From assembly GCA_963704165.1 (NCBI GenBank), contig CAVPHD010000009.1, positions 128,001 through 192,000 on the forward strand: a stretch of 64,000 nucleotides of DNA, given 5' to 3'. Of this stretch, positions 63,226-64,000 are shown piece by piece. This DNA comes from an uncultured delta proteobacterium. GTDB lineage: Bacteria; Myxococcota_A; UBA9160; SZUA-336. Both the position numbers and the translations under genes were made by a program. Numbering within the stretch: the first letter of the stretch is position 1; the number at the start of each line of letters is the position of its first letter. The notes beneath the pieces are model-generated. The model was not told where the DNA came from. It worked only from the letters and a program-made list of their open reading frames with translations, and ran no database searches.

Positions 63226-64000
63226 GTGGACCGGCGCACGGCCGAGGTCTACGAGCGCCACGCCCGCGGCGTGGATCGCAGAGCGCGGCGTATCGGCCGA
63301 CGGCGCGGCGCCGTGTCGCGGCGTTCGCGCGCAGCCTCCGATCCGGAGCGCGCGTCGCGGACCTGGGCTGCGGACCGGGGTGGCATGGCGCGATCTTGCG
63401 GCGAAGCGGATTCGAAGTGATCGGGCTCGACCTGTCCGCCGCGATGCTTCGCGAGGCCCGGCGAAGAGCGCGGGGCGCGCAGACTGGTGCGGGCCGATCT
63501 CGAGCACCTGCCCTTCGCTCGCGACTCGCTCGACGGTGCCTGGGCGCGGAACTGCTACATGCACCTGCCCGCACGCCAGCTTCCCGCCGCCTTCGCCGAG
63601 CTTCACCGCGTGCTGCGCCCGGGAGGGCGCGTGATGCTCTCGCTCGCGAACCTCGATGCACTCGGCCCGAACGCACGGGAGCGCGGGCGCGCGCTGCTCT
63701 CGCGGCGCGGTGGCGAGGCGGCCTTTCGCGGGCGGCTCTTCGTCGCGCGCGATCGGCAGGGCTGGGCCGACCTGCTCGAAGGTGCGGGCTTCACCTCGAT
63801 CGAGAGCGAGCCGGGGCACGAGCCGTTCTGGCTGTGGCTCTCCGCGCGGCGTGCGCGCTCGCTCCCGGATTCGATCTCGCCCCGGCTCACGTTGCTCGTC
63901 TGCGGCCTGAATCCCTCGCCCCACTCGGCCGCGTCCGGGATCCCCTTCGCGAATCCGAGCAATCGCTTCTGGCCTGCCGCGGTTCGCGCCGGACTCGTCG
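63226..64000 (+). CDS. Class I SAM methyltransferase fused to mismatch-specific uracil-DNA glycosylase (MUG); partial, frameshifted in the N-part
   Basis: VADLGCGPG, GLDLSAAML, ADLEHLPF, ELHRVLRPGG; open frame 63481-64000 continues into LPDSISPRLTLLVCGLNPSPHSAASGIPFANPSNRFW. Confidence 0.8.

Noticed and set aside
63200..63300. M48 protease-methyltransferase fusion
   Set aside because: An exported protease fused to a cytoplasmic enzyme is implausible; TAG at 63221 followed by GTG at 63226 in an indel-rich stretch indicates two genes.

Overview
High-GC bacterial core-genome segment. Gene content and order (tuf-secE-nusG-rplKAJL-rpoB, full gspC-N type II secretion cluster, yggS-proC-divIVA, split gcvPA/PB, PilZ) suggest a deltaproteobacterial/Myxococcota-like organism; this is inference. 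It holds the 5' part of rpoB, the tRNA-tuf/r-protein cluster, seven tRNA genes, a 2-oxoacid dehydrogenase/lipoylation cluster, a dnaK-hsp20-lon chain, a T2SS and the glycine cleavage system. I saw no transposases, integrases, prophage genes, rRNA or CRISPR arrays. Most notable: (1) only the four complex I quinone-module genes are present (nuoB on one side, nuoI-nuoC-nuoD on the other), and they bracket lpdA-E2-pdhA-pdhB-pdhC-lipB-lipA; (2) tRNA-Leu(UAA) is interrupted by a 262-nt ORF-less group I intron at position 33/34 with an extra P7.1-like helix; (3) the T2SS secretin has a C-terminal SPOR-like domain; (4) a SAM methyltransferase is fused in frame to a MUG-type uracil-DNA glycosylase; (5) GlnE is encoded as two overlapping ORFs; (6) a pentaheme plus secreted monoheme cytochrome pair has no obvious catalytic partner; (7) tuf has a sharply different codon skew from its neighbours. 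Many conserved genes carry small indels (rplK, lipB, ispH, gspF/I/J/K/L, gcvPA/PB), most likely long-read consensus errors. All calls come from motif recognition by eye; no database searches were run.
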